NCBI GenBank assembly: GCA_963793205.1
Contig: CAWBZM010000003.1
Location: 79,840-143,839, forward strand
Reading direction: 5' to 3'
DNA: 64,000 nucleotides
DNA from: an uncultured Gemmatimonadales bacterium
Lineage (GTDB): Bacteria; Gemmatimonadota; Gemmatimonadetes; Gemmatimonadales; GWC2-71-9
The notes beneath the pieces are model-generated. The model was not told the origin of the DNA and ran no database searches. It was given only the letters and a program-made list of their open reading frames with translations. A program made the translations under genes and the position numbers. Below, one piece after another: positions 26,819 to 35,889 of this stretch (positions within the stretch are counted from its first letter, which is position 1; each line of letters starts with the position of its first letter).

Positions 26819-27586
26819 ATGTTAGGGCTCAGCCAACTGGCTCAGCCCGAGCGGACCATCGGCCGGGATCGCGGCCTCGGGGCCATGCTCGCGTTCGTGG
26901 CCGGCGCCACCAATGCCGGCGGCTTCCTGGCGGTCGGACAGTACACCTCCCACATGACCGGGATCGTCTCGACGATGGCGGACGCCGTCGTGCTGGGTCG
27001 CGGCGCCCTGGCACTCAGCGCGCTCGCCGCCCTCGGCGCCTTCGTCACCGGCGCCATGACCACGGCGATCTGCGTGAACTGGGCCCGCCGGCATCAACAC
27101 CGCAGTCTGTTTGCCTTCCCCATCCTGCTCGAGGCCACCCTGCTGCTCGCCTTCGGCTTCATGGGAGCGACGCTCTCCGCCCGGACGGCGATGTTTCTTC
27201 CCCTGACGGTCCTGACCCTCTGTTTCCTCATGGGACTGCAGAACGCCGTGATCACCAAGGTGTCCCACGCCGTGATTCGGACCACCCACGTCACCGGGCT
27301 GGTCACCGACATCGGGATCGAACTGGGGCGTCTGATCTATGTGAACCGGACCGCAGGCCCGCCGCGGGTCGTGGCGAACCGTAAGCGGCTCGCCGTCCAC
27401 CTGCTGCTGCTCAGTGCCTTCATTGGAGGAAGTCTCACGGGCGCACTGGGCTTCAAGACGCTCGGGTACATCGCCACCCTGCCCCTTGCCGGCCTGCTGC
27501 TGGCCATTGCCTGGCGACCGATCGTCCAGGACCTGCGCCGCTGGATGCGCGTCGCCCAACCCGAGACACCACCCGCACCGAAGTAG
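26819..27586 (+). CDS. YoaK/DUF1275 family membrane protein
   Basis: ATG 26819 follows GGAGG. Motifs are LAFVAGATNAGGFLAVGQYTSHMTG and MGLQNAVITK. Confidence 0.85.
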   Translation: MLGLSQLAQPERTIGRDRGLGAMLAFVAGATNAGGFLAVGQYTSHMTGIVSTMADAVVLGRGALALSALAALGAFVTGAMTTAICVNWARRHQHRSLFAFPILLEATLLLAFGFMGATLSARTAMFLPLTVLTLCFLMGLQNAVITKVSHAVIRTTHVTGLVTDIGIELGRLIYVNRTAGPPRVVANRKRLAVHLLLLSAFIGGSLTGALGFKTLGYIATLPLAGLLLAIAWRPIVQDLRRWMRVAQPETPPAPK

Positions 27587-27611
27587 CAGGCCACCCTTGA
27601 GAGGATCCCGC

Positions 27612-28094
27612 ATGGCCCCCCGCATCGCCACCCACGATGACATTCCTGATCTGGTGCGGATCATCAATGCCGCCTACCGGGTCGAGACCTTCTTCATCCG
27701 GGGAGAGCGCACCTCGGCCGATGAGGTGGCCGCGCTCATCGACGCTCCGGGCGCGGCGTTCCTCGTATTCGATGGTGATGATGGCGGCGCCATGGCGGGT
27801 ACGGTGTACGTCGATACCCATGGCACCCGGGGGCACTTCGCCCTGCTCGCGGTGGACCCGAAGCACCAGGGGAAGGGGCTGGGACGGAAGCTGGTGGCCG
27901 CCGTGGAAGCGTACTGTCGCGCGGCGGGGTGTACGGTGGTCGAACTGGAGGTGTTCAACGTGCGGGAGGAACTGCCTCCGTTCTACGGGTCCTGCGGCTT
28001 TGTTGCCGCAGGCGTCACCGATTTTGCCAGGGCGGATCTCCTGCTGCAACCGGCGCATCTCATTTGCATGCGCAAGCCGGTGCCGGTCGGCTGA
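27612..28094 (+). CDS. GNAT family N-acetyltransferase
   Basis: ATG 27612. LLAVDPKHQGKGLGRKLVAAVEAY is the acetyl-CoA binding motif. Confidence 0.85.
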   Translation: MAPRIATHDDIPDLVRIINAAYRVETFFIRGERTSADEVAALIDAPGAAFLVFDGDDGGAMAGTVYVDTHGTRGHFALLAVDPKHQGKGLGRKLVAAVEAYCRAAGCTVVELEVFNVREELPPFYGSCGFVAAGVTDFARADLLLQPAHLICMRKPVPVG

Positions 28095-28128
28095 CGCACC
28101 GCCAGCGGTGGGGCGTTACCATTGCCGC

Positions 28129-28710
28129 ATGGCCGCAAAAACCTTTCGCTTCGCGCTTGGCACACCCACCCTCCCCATGTCCGGCATCTGGCGGCTGTGG
28201 GTCGAGGAGGATGACGTACATCTCGAAGTCCAGGCGGCCCGGGAGCGGGTCGCCCTCACCGCCTATCGGACCGGCCGCTGGCGGATCGAGGCCGGCGGCG
28301 CCGTCAGTCGCTGGAATCGGCCCCGGGAATTCCGGCCGGGATGGATTCGTGGGCCGGACATCGTAATCCCCTCCGCGCCGGCTGGAGTCCGGCCCCCGGA
28401 CGTCGATCCCTACCCCGCTGAGCCCATTGCCTGGCTCCCGCCACCGCCGGTGGGGCAGCAGGCACGGGTCGCGTTGCTGTTCGCGGCCGTGCGCTCCAGC
28501 GAGTATCCCTGGCGTCCCCTCGATACGGCAGGCACAGTGGAACTCGTGGTGCTGAACCTGCGGTCCATTGGCCGACTCCACCTCTGTCGCACCGACGAAC
28601 CGGATGACGAGCGCTCCCAACGGACTTCCGCGGGAGCAGCAAGCCTCCAGATGATCGTCAGCGCCGATCCTGCGGGACGCCCTTCATTCCGGGAATCGCA
28701 CGACGACTGA
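28129..28710 (+). CDS. hypothetical protein
   Basis: ORF 27637 trimmed to ATG 28129 (MAAKTFRFALGTP...). No known domain. Confidence 0.55.
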   Translation: MAAKTFRFALGTPTLPMSGIWRLWVEEDDVHLEVQAARERVALTAYRTGRWRIEAGGAVSRWNRPREFRPGWIRGPDIVIPSAPAGVRPPDVDPYPAEPIAWLPPPPVGQQARVALLFAAVRSSEYPWRPLDTAGTVELVVLNLRSIGRLHLCRTDEPDDERSQRTSAGAASLQMIVSADPAGRPSFRESHDD

Positions 28711-28809
28711 TCGGTCCAGAGGTGGTGGCTTGCTTGCGCGAGTGGACTGCGGCTGGCACTTTTTCTCTGGTCGTCCCCTGTCACCTCCCTCCGATCGAGG
28801 TCATGCGCC

Positions 28810-29043
28810 ATGGATGCCGCCACCAAGACGAAGCTGAAGACCCAGATCACCACGATGAGCGCGATGAACTCCGCATTCAAGAGCGCCATGAGTATGCAGC
28901 CGCCGCCGGTGATGGGCGGGATGCCCCCGATGCCGATCATCCTCCAGCCCGCGCTCGCCCCCTATCTCGCGGCGTTGAAGACCCACGCCGACGAGTACGA
29001 GAAGCTGCTGAAGATGCTGGACGAACTCGTCGCCAAGCTCTAG
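28810..29043 (+). CDS. small Met/Pro-rich helical protein, hypothetical
   Basis: 77 aa with good codon usage. Two helical ends flank the stretch MSMQPPPVMGGMPPMP. Confidence 0.55.
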   Translation: MDAATKTKLKTQITTMSAMNSAFKSAMSMQPPPVMGGMPPMPIILQPALAPYLAALKTHADEYEKLLKMLDELVAKL

Positions 29044-29086
29044 TGGCCCGGCGACAGCTGCGCACCCAGGGCCAGGAATCGCGGGA

Positions 29087-29386
29087 ATGACCGAGTGGCG
29101 CCACCGGCTCCGGTGGCTGTGGCCCTTCGGCCGCCGGGATGGGGTCCGCATGCTCGGGCGGGAGTCCTTCTCGGTTGAGTTGGAGGGCGGCACCTACTGG
29201 GTGCACGCCGAGCGGCAGGAATCCGGACGGGGAGGGTGGGTATTCTGGACATCGGATGTGCGCGATCTCACGGCCGCCCCGACCAGTATCGCGGCGCCGC
29301 CCGCGCCGGACACGGTGATTCCCGAGGTGCAGCGCCGGCTCGCGGCCTACTGTGCCCGGATGGGCACACCCTGCATCTTTCGGTAG
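29087..29386 (+). CDS. hypothetical protein
   Basis: 99-aa ORF. No known domain. Confidence 0.45.
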   Translation: MTEWRHRLRWLWPFGRRDGVRMLGRESFSVELEGGTYWVHAERQESGRGGWVFWTSDVRDLTAAPTSIAAPPAPDTVIPEVQRRLAAYCARMGTPCIFR

Positions 29387-29399
29387 AACAACCAGCGTA

Positions 29400-29807
29400 C
29401 TACCCTTTCGACTGCATGTACGCGATCCCCTCTGCGGTGGCCTCCCGCCAGGCCGCTTCTACCTGTGGGCTGAACTCGGGATCGAGGACCGCGACGGTAC
29501 GGACCAGGCTGGACACGAAATCGGGGTACAGCGCGGGATCAATCTTCAGGTCGCTGCGCCCATGGCGATCCGCCACCCGGGTCAGGATGTTGGGTTCATC
29601 CGCGGACTGGTGATGATACGACAGCAGCAGCCCGATCGCATGGCGCAACAACTTCCGCTGTCGCTCGAAGTTCGTGGTCGCGAACATCGGCCGGACCGAT
29701 GGGCTCTCCTCGAAGAACCGGGCATAGAACGCCTCGAAGAACTCGGGTGCCTGCTGGCATCGATCGTAACTCGCCCGGGCCAGGGCGACCGCCTCATCGC
29801 GCGACAT
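29400..29807 (-). CDS. single-domain globin (second copy)
   Basis: ORF 29400..30383 trimmed to ATG 29807 (MSRDEAVALARASYDRCQQAPEFFEAFYARFFEESPSVRPMF ... VADRHGRSDLKIDPALYPDF). Confidence 0.75.
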   Translation of the reverse strand: MSRDEAVALARASYDRCQQAPEFFEAFYARFFEESPSVRPMFATTNFERQRKLLRHAIGLLLSYHHQSADEPNILTRVADRHGRSDLKIDPALYPDFVSSLVRTVAVLDPEFSPQVEAAWREATAEGIAYMQSKG

Positions 29808-29924
29808 CGATGGATCCTTCGGGAAAGGAAGTAGGGTGGACCACGCCGGTCTGCGCAGCCCCGGAACGCAAACTACCCCGCGACGCGATGAGCGGGAAGA
29901 CTCCCTTCGCCCACGAGTCCTTGC

Positions 29925-30587
29925 ATGCTGGCCTACCAGCAACTGACCATCACCGGCGGCGCCCCCGCGCTGGAGGCCTATGTCGCCAGCCTGACCGATT
30001 CCCCGCCGGCGGGATGGTGGCGGGACCACGCCACCGAGTCTCGCCTGCTGGATCCCGAGACGGAGGACCCCGCCCCGCACTACTGCTTCAGCTGTGCCGC
30101 CACCGACACCCGCCCGACGGCTCACGTCGTCCTGATCCATGCGCCGGCCAGTTGCCTCTCCGTCAGCGCCATTTTTCCGCCCACGCGGGAGCGGCTGGAG
30201 ATTGCGGCCTACAACGGGATTCTGCTGGCGTTTCACGATGAGGTCGTGGCACCCGGCCTGGCAGGCCACGGCCTGCACATCGAACTGACGTCCTCGACCC
30301 CCGTCCCCGAAGACTGGATGTCGTCCAGGGCGGTCGCCCGGCTGCGGGCCTTTTCCGCCGAGGGGAGGCGGTCGGCGGCGCACCTCAGCATGCTCGATCA
30401 GGTCCGCTGGCAGGCCTTCGTGATCGCGGCCTGGAGAGATCGGGCTGACGCAACCACCGAGGACCTGCGGCTATGGCTGACGGAGGAAGGCTGGCGTCCC
30501 GACATCGCCCTGCGACTCGCCGAACAGTACACCTTTGGCTATCGCCTGCTGCGGGCCTTCGAGGACGCCCCGCACCGCATCAGCTGA
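29925..30587 (+). CDS. hypothetical protein
   Basis: 220-aa clean ORF. No known domain. Confidence 0.55.
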   Translation: MLAYQQLTITGGAPALEAYVASLTDSPPAGWWRDHATESRLLDPETEDPAPHYCFSCAATDTRPTAHVVLIHAPASCLSVSAIFPPTRERLEIAAYNGILLAFHDEVVAPGLAGHGLHIELTSSTPVPEDWMSSRAVARLRAFSAEGRRSAAHLSMLDQVRWQAFVIAAWRDRADATTEDLRLWLTEEGWRPDIALRLAEQYTFGYRLLRAFEDAPHRIS

Positions 30588-30692
30588 CGGCCGGGGCGGG
30601 CGCAACACCAGACGGTACACTCGATTACATTGCATGGTCCGCCTGATTCCTGAATCGAGGCGGCCCAGGTTTCTGCCACCGAGCAGGTCCCC

Positions 30693-31073
30693 ATGGCACC
30701 AGATTCATCCGCTTCGCTGGACTCGGCCACTCCCCGCATCCCCCTCACCGAACGCATGGCTGTCCGGCTGGACCACGCCGGTAAGGCCTTCGACCGCCGC
30801 CATGGCGCGGTCCGGCCAGGGAAGCGCCGTGGCACAACGATTTCCCTTGCCTCCATGCACGAGACGGATACCCTGAGCCAGCGTGAAATGGCCTGCCTGC
30901 GCTCGGTCTTCTCGGAACTGGGCGATGCCCATCGTCGGTACCGGCAGCAGACGGGTCAGGCCGGGACTCCCGCCCTCCGGGCGGCCGCGCATGCCTTCAA
31001 GCAGGCCCCGAGCGCTGATTCCCTCCTTCCCGTCGCCGTCATGCTCGACGATCTGGAGATCCTGGCCTGGTAA
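30693..31073 (+). CDS. hypothetical protein
   Basis: 126-aa ORF. An internal ATG (MHETDTLSQ) is an alternative start. The stop overlaps the next ATG (TAATG). Confidence 0.45.
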   Translation: MAPDSSASLDSATPRIPLTERMAVRLDHAGKAFDRRHGAVRPGKRRGTTISLASMHETDTLSQREMACLRSVFSELGDAHRRYRQQTGQAGTPALRAAAHAFKQAPSADSLLPVAVMLDDLEILAW

Positions 31074-31396
31074 TGGACCCCCAGCTCAGCGGCTTCGCCC
31101 TCGGCCTCCTCTTTGGCGCGGCCAAAGTCGGGTTCATTGGGACCATCGGCTTCGCGATCGCCTGGTGGCGGGCCCGCAAGAAGCTGGCGGTCCTCGAGGC
31201 AACACTGCCGGATCCCGGGCTGGTCGAGCAGCGACTTGCCAGCCTGGAGCAGGCGGCCGACTATTCCGCCAGTCAGCTCGACCGACTGCTCGAAGGGCAA
31301 GTCGGGTTGCTGCGGGGTCTGGGATCCCCCGGACTCATCGCCCCACCCGCGGAGCGGGCCGAACACCCTGCCCAGGAGCGAAACACCCCGCACTGA
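31073..31396 (+). CDS. single-pass/two-helix membrane protein with coiled-coil tail, hypothetical
   Basis: A hydrophobic N-terminus (FALGLLFGAAKVGFIGTIGFAIAWW) is followed by a heptad-like segment. Translationally coupled to 30693..31073. Confidence 0.5.
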   Translation: MDPQLSGFALGLLFGAAKVGFIGTIGFAIAWWRARKKLAVLEATLPDPGLVEQRLASLEQAADYSASQLDRLLEGQVGLLRGLGSPGLIAPPAERAEHPAQERNTPH

Positions 31397-31606
31397 GCAG
31401 GCCGCAGCTCCGACAGATTCCCCGCCGCATTGCCTCCGCAGTATCCACCCAGCCGTGCATCCAACTGCCATGCCGTTCGTCTTCAGCTCACACTGGTGAG
31501 TGCGACGCCGCATGTCTGGTGGCGCGCAGAGATTACGCATTCAACAGCAGGAGCCGGATTCCGCCGTGGACCGGCCGAACCACGATCACCCTGGCCGACC
31601 TTACTC

Positions 31607-32161
31607 GTGAACCTGCTCTTCCGACTCTGCTGGTTGCTGCTCATCAGTCGCCGCCATCCCGCGTCCACCGCGCTCGGTCCCTGCCAGACCCCGTTCCGGG
31701 TGCTGCCGACGGATCTCGATATCCTCCGGCACGTGAATAACGGCAAGTACTTCTCGCTCATGGATCTGGCCCGGGTAGACATGATCACCCGGGGCGGCCT
31801 GACCCCGCACCTGCGGCGCGAGGGATGGTTCCCCGTCGTCACGGCAGAGACCATCCAGCTGCGGCGTTCCCTGCGCCTGTTCCAGGCTTTTCACATCGAG
31901 ACCAGGGTCGTCGGATGGGATGATCTCGAGTTTGTGCTGGAGCAGCGTTTCACCCGAAACACGAAGGTCGTGGCCACCGCAGTGGTCCGAACCCGCTTTC
32001 TGTCGCGCACCGGCCTGACCATCGCGCCGCGCACCATCCTCGAGGTCCTGGATCTCCCCCTTGAGTCACCGACCCTGCCACCTCACATCGCCCGCTGGAA
32101 CGCCGATCAGGCGCGGCGGCCGGGACGCGCCGAGCCGAGCCAGGCCTCCAGTGCCGCGTAG
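31607..32161 (+). CDS. thioesterase family protein (hotdog fold)
   Basis: GTG 31607. FRVLPTDLDILRHVNNGKYFSLMDLARVD is typical of the 4HBT-like acyl-CoA thioesterase subfamily. The upstream part of ORF 31430 looks non-coding. Confidence 0.75.
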   Translation: MNLLFRLCWLLLISRRHPASTALGPCQTPFRVLPTDLDILRHVNNGKYFSLMDLARVDMITRGGLTPHLRREGWFPVVTAETIQLRRSLRLFQAFHIETRVVGWDDLEFVLEQRFTRNTKVVATAVVRTRFLSRTGLTIAPRTILEVLDLPLESPTLPPHIARWNADQARRPGRAEPSQASSAA

Positions 32162-32199
32162 GTGGTGGCCGGTATGACGCCCTCTGCATACCATTCAGT

Positions 32200-32508
32200 A
32201 TGTCCTCCTTCCTCCCGGCCCTTCGTCGCCTCCGTCCGGCGATCCAGTGCACCTCCATGCTGCTGGTGATGCTGGGCGGGACCCTCGCGCTGCTGATCGT
32301 GCTGGTGGCGTGGATGCGGACCCCGGAACCGTTGTTCACCTTCGAGGTCAGCCCGGGCACGGTCCTGGTCCATGGTGGCGATTCCTATAGCGCCGCTGCC
32401 GGCCAGCTGCTCCGCAGCATTCTCAGAGCGGGCCTGCTACTGCTCGCCGGTTTCGCCGGCCTGGTGGCGTGCCGCCGCGATGACCATCCCGACCCCGGAT
32501 GCGCCTGA
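32200..32508 (+). CDS. membrane protein, hypothetical
   Basis: Two TM helices. 102 aa. Confidence 0.5.
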   Translation: MSSFLPALRRLRPAIQCTSMLLVMLGGTLALLIVLVAWMRTPEPLFTFEVSPGTVLVHGGDSYSAAAGQLLRSILRAGLLLLAGFAGLVACRRDDHPDPGCA

Positions 32509-32558
32509 CACGCGCGTTGGCCCCTTGCACGATCGTACGTCCTTCACCCCCATCTGCC

Positions 32559-32801
32559 ATGCCGAAGCGGCTTCAGGTCTACGAGACACCGGAGATCACG
32601 GTGACCTTTGATCCCCAGCTCTGCATTCATTCAGGGGTGTGCGTGCGCGGACTTCCCGAGGTCTTCGATGTCGGGCGCAAGCGTTGGATCCGACCGGAGC
32701 TCGCCTCGGCGGATGCGGTGGCGAGTCAGGTCGCCCGCTGCCCCTCCGGCGCGCTGCAGATTCGCCCGCCTGAGGCCAGCTCTGCCTCAACGACTCCCTG
32801 A
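32559..32801 (+). CDS. divergent 4Fe-4S mono-cluster protein (Fer4_19-like)
   Basis: ATG 32559. ITVTFDPQLCIHSGVCVRGLPEVFD ... CPSGALQI matches this family. Confidence 0.85.
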   Translation: MPKRLQVYETPEITVTFDPQLCIHSGVCVRGLPEVFDVGRKRWIRPELASADAVASQVARCPSGALQIRPPEASSASTTP

Positions 32802-32807
32802 CTCTCC

Positions 32808-33212
32808 ATGCCTGAGCTGACGGCGCTCTCCCCGCTTCTACTGCTGCTCACCGGCCTGACCATCGGCCTGGTGATCGCCCTGCTGCTGGGCCTGATCTGG
32901 AAGGCGACCTATACGCGTCGCATTCGACAGGAGGCGATCGCGCGCAGCCAGGCAACGATCTCCGGTCAGGTCCACGAGCAATTGCTGCCCCTGCTCCCGT
33001 CCTTCCCCTTCAACCCCAAGGATGTCCGCTTCCTCGGCTCCCCGGTGGATCTGGTCGTCTTTGACGGCCTCGATGCCGGGGCGCTGCGCCAGGTCGTCTT
33101 TGTCGAGGTCAAGACCGGCCGGTCCACCCTGTCCCGCCGGGAACGCCAGTTGCGCGACGTGATACTTTCCGGTCAGGTGCGCTGGGAAGAAATGCGCCTC
33201 GCCACCAACTGA
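32808..33212 (+). CDS. membrane-anchored endonuclease related to archaeal Holliday junction resolvase (COG4741-like)
   Basis: An N-terminal TM helix is followed by DVRFLGSPVDLVVFDG ... VVFVEVKTGRSTLSRRERQLRD, a PD-(D/E)xK-like core. Confidence 0.75.
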   Translation: MPELTALSPLLLLLTGLTIGLVIALLLGLIWKATYTRRIRQEAIARSQATISGQVHEQLLPLLPSFPFNPKDVRFLGSPVDLVVFDGLDAGALRQVVFVEVKTGRSTLSRRERQLRDVILSGQVRWEEMRLATN

Positions 33213-33251
33213 CACGCCAACCTGAACCCTGCCCCGCTGACGGATCCGACG

Positions 33252-33776
33252 ATGCGCCTGTACCACCGCTTGTTGACGCCGACCCTCGCCGTCGCCGCCC
33301 TGGGCTGTGCCAGCACCGTGGTCACCACCACCGTGCTCCCGCCCCACCGTCTCGAAAACCCGATCTGTCCCCTCGCGGTCCTGATTGCCGATGCGCCGGG
33401 TGAAATTCCGCAGGGCGGCCGGATCCTGGCCCAACTGCGGGTGGAAGGCGGCGACTTCAGTACCACCAGCGACAAGATCCGGCGTCGTCTCCGTGAGGAG
33501 GCGGCCAAGCTGGGCGCCAACCGGGTGCTCGCCATGGAGGTCACCACCCCGGGAACGTTCGCGGCCCTCGGCATGACGGTCATCAGCGGCATCAACGCCC
33601 AGGAACGGACCGATGCGCAAACCGACGCGATGACGCACCAGAATCAGGCGACACAGGCCGCGGCCCCGATCCCGACCGACCCCAGTTTTTACGGACGCGG
33701 CCTGGCCTACGCCATCTTCGTACCGGATGACACCATCCGCACCAAGCTCGAGTGCGCCCAGCCTCGCTCTCCCTGA
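33252..33776 (+). CDS. lipoprotein, hypothetical
   Basis: Signal and lipobox are TLAVAALGCAS. Confidence 0.65.
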   Translation: MRLYHRLLTPTLAVAALGCASTVVTTTVLPPHRLENPICPLAVLIADAPGEIPQGGRILAQLRVEGGDFSTTSDKIRRRLREEAAKLGANRVLAMEVTTPGTFAALGMTVISGINAQERTDAQTDAMTHQNQATQAAAPIPTDPSFYGRGLAYAIFVPDDTIRTKLECAQPRSP

Positions 33777-34262
33777 CGCGCCCAACGGCTGCCCTCTGGC
33801 CACTGCTGTCCCATCTCAGGCACTTCTCGCTGCTGGTGTGGCGACACGAAGGCGCTGAGGTGCCAGTGCGGCTGGCTGGCAGCGGAGAGATCGCGGTGGA
33901 GCACGACCCGTCCGGCGCCATCGTCTGGCGCGAGCGGGGCCGCTGGAACGATGGCCCCCTGGCCGGCGCCACCTTTTTCAACGCGACCTCGTGGAGCCCC
34001 GGTGCCGATGGCGGTGGAATCCTGCTGAGCCACCTCCGTCGGGGCACCGGCGCGCCGACCCCGCTCGTGACCCTGACGGAAGCCACTGACGGGCGGTGGA
34101 CCACCGTGACCCCGCACCAGTGCGGTGCGGATCGATACGCCGCCACCGTGACACCGGCGGCTCGCCAGGTGACCCTGCAATGGGATGTCGGACAGCCCGA
34201 CGGATCCCTATCGGATGGTGATGACCGCCACGGTTGCCCCTGCCGAGTCCATTCAGGGCTAG
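33752..34262 (+). pseudogene. DUF6314-like protein with apparent +1 frameshift near 34188-34192
   Basis: The body ...HLRRGTGAPTPLVTL...PHQCGADRYAATV...LQWDV lies in the frame of ORF 33752. The plausible end DSPTDPYRMVMTATVAPAESIQG-stop (34260-34262) is in the next frame. The in-frame continuation is Arg-rich junk overlapping the EamA gene. Confidence 0.55.
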
Positions 34263-34286
34263 CCTCCCGCCATCGAGGATCGCGTC

Positions 34287-35126
34287 GTGCCGATCGCTGT
34301 CTACACCGCCCTGGCGCTGATCGCCTTTGCGGCGAACTCCCTGCTCTGCCGCCTGGCGCTGGCCCAGGGGAGCATTGACCCCGCCACCTTCACCGCGATC
34401 CGGCTCGGGGCGGGCGCGGTGACGCTGTGGCTGCTGGTTCGGTTTCGCCGCCAGCCTGCCGCCGCGGCGACACCATCCTGGGGAGCCGCCGTCCTCCTCT
34501 GTCTGTACGCGGTGCCCTTTTCGTTTGGCTATCGACAGCTGACCACCGGGACCGGGGCACTGCTGCTCTTCGGGGCCGTCCAGATCACCATGATTCTTGG
34601 TGGCCTTCGGCAGGGTCGCTCCCCAGCGGCCGGGCAATGGCTCGGACTGGTCATGGCCGGCGGCGGCCTGGTATACCTCGTCCTTCCCGGCCTCGCGGCT
34701 CCGCCGGTGGGTGCCGCCGCCCTGATGCTCATTGCCGGCATGTCCTGGGGGCTGTACTCGCTCCGCGGCCGAGCGGTGGCCGACCCGCTGGGCCAGACCG
34801 CCGCGAACTTTCTCCGGTCCATTCCGCTGGTGCTCCTCGTCCTGCTGGTGTCGTGGGGCTCCCTGACCTTCGAGCCAGGCGGTGCCCTGCTCGCCATCCT
34901 CTCCGGTGCGCTCGCGTCGGGAGTCGGCTACGTCCTCTGGTACCGGGCGCTCCCGGGCCTTCCACCCATCGTGGCCTCACTGGTCCAATTGGCCGTCCCA
35001 CCGCTGGCGGCCGCGGGTGGTATCGCCGCCCTGGGCGAGCCGCTGACCAGCCGCCTGATGGCTGCGAGTGCCCTGATCCTGGGGGGCATCGCGGTGGCGC
35101 TGATCCGTCACACACATCCCAGTTAG
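34287..35126 (+). CDS. EamA/DMT family transporter
   Basis: GTG start. Ten TM helices with a duplicated EamA pattern. Confidence 0.9.
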   Translation: MPIAVYTALALIAFAANSLLCRLALAQGSIDPATFTAIRLGAGAVTLWLLVRFRRQPAAAATPSWGAAVLLCLYAVPFSFGYRQLTTGTGALLLFGAVQITMILGGLRQGRSPAAGQWLGLVMAGGGLVYLVLPGLAAPPVGAAALMLIAGMSWGLYSLRGRAVADPLGQTAANFLRSIPLVLLVLLVSWGSLTFEPGGALLAILSGALASGVGYVLWYRALPGLPPIVASLVQLAVPPLAAAGGIAALGEPLTSRLMAASALILGGIAVALIRHTHPS

Positions 35127-35217
35127 CGTCGCGCGGTCCCTTGCCGACCCCTCGGTCGGGGGTCCACCTTTCCAGCATTCCGCGCCTGGCCAACACCTCA
35201 ACTCGGGAAGTCCAATC

Positions 35218-35889
35218 ATGCCCGATGTGCCGCCACAGTTCGTTCCGCTGTCGACCTACCAGGAGCGGGATCCGGCCGAGATGATCGATCGCAGCCGACG
35301 CTTTGCGTCGCTGATGCAGCGGCGGCGTACGGTGCGCCAGTTCAGCGACCGCCCGGTGCCGCGCGAGGTCATCGATGCCTGCCTGGAAGCGGCCGGCACT
35401 GCACCCAGCGGCGCCAACCTGCAACCATGGCACTTTGTGGTCATCACCGATCCTGCCATCAAACAGCAGGTGCGTCAGGCCGCTGAGGTGGAGGAGCAGC
35501 GGTTCTATGCCAACGCACCCGCCGAGTGGCTCGCTGCGCTGGAGCCCCTTGGCACCGATGCGCAGAAGCCCTACCTGGAACAGGCACCCTATCTCATTGC
35601 GATCTTCGCCCAGCGCCATGGGATGACCGAGGACGGCGGCCGGGTGCCGCACTACTACGTCATGGAATCGGTCGGGATCGCCACCGGAATTCTGATCACC
35701 GCGCTGCACAACGCCGGGCTGGTAACCCTGACGCACACGCCGAACCCGATGACCTTCCTGAGCCACCTGCTCGGTCGACCGGCATCGGAGCGGCCGATCA
35801 TGCTGCTGGTGGCCGGTTACCCCGCCGCCGATGCCACCGTTCCCCAGATCCATCGCAAGCCGCTGGCCGAAATCGTCACCTACCGATGA
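35218..35889 (+). CDS. nitroreductase family protein (iodotyrosine-deiodinase/BluB-like subgroup)
   Basis: Contains RRTVRQFSDRPVPREVIDACLEAAGTAPSGANLQPWHFVVI. Confidence 0.85.
   Translation: MPDVPPQFVPLSTYQERDPAEMIDRSRRFASLMQRRRTVRQFSDRPVPREVIDACLEAAGTAPSGANLQPWHFVVITDPAIKQQVRQAAEVEEQRFYANAPAEWLAALEPLGTDAQKPYLEQAPYLIAIFAQRHGMTEDGGRVPHYYVMESVGIATGILITALHNAGLVTLTHTPNPMTFLSHLLGRPASERPIMLLVAGYPAADATVPQIHRKPLAEIVTYR

Noticed and set aside
9839-35853. Other long antisense or offset ORFs in the accessory region (for example 9839-10810, 19675-20718, 25231-26040, 25533-26825, 32838-33803, 34729-35853)
   Set aside because: Each overlaps a better-supported gene with family motifs on the other strand or frame. 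Their products are compositionally biased and lack signal, TM or domain structure.
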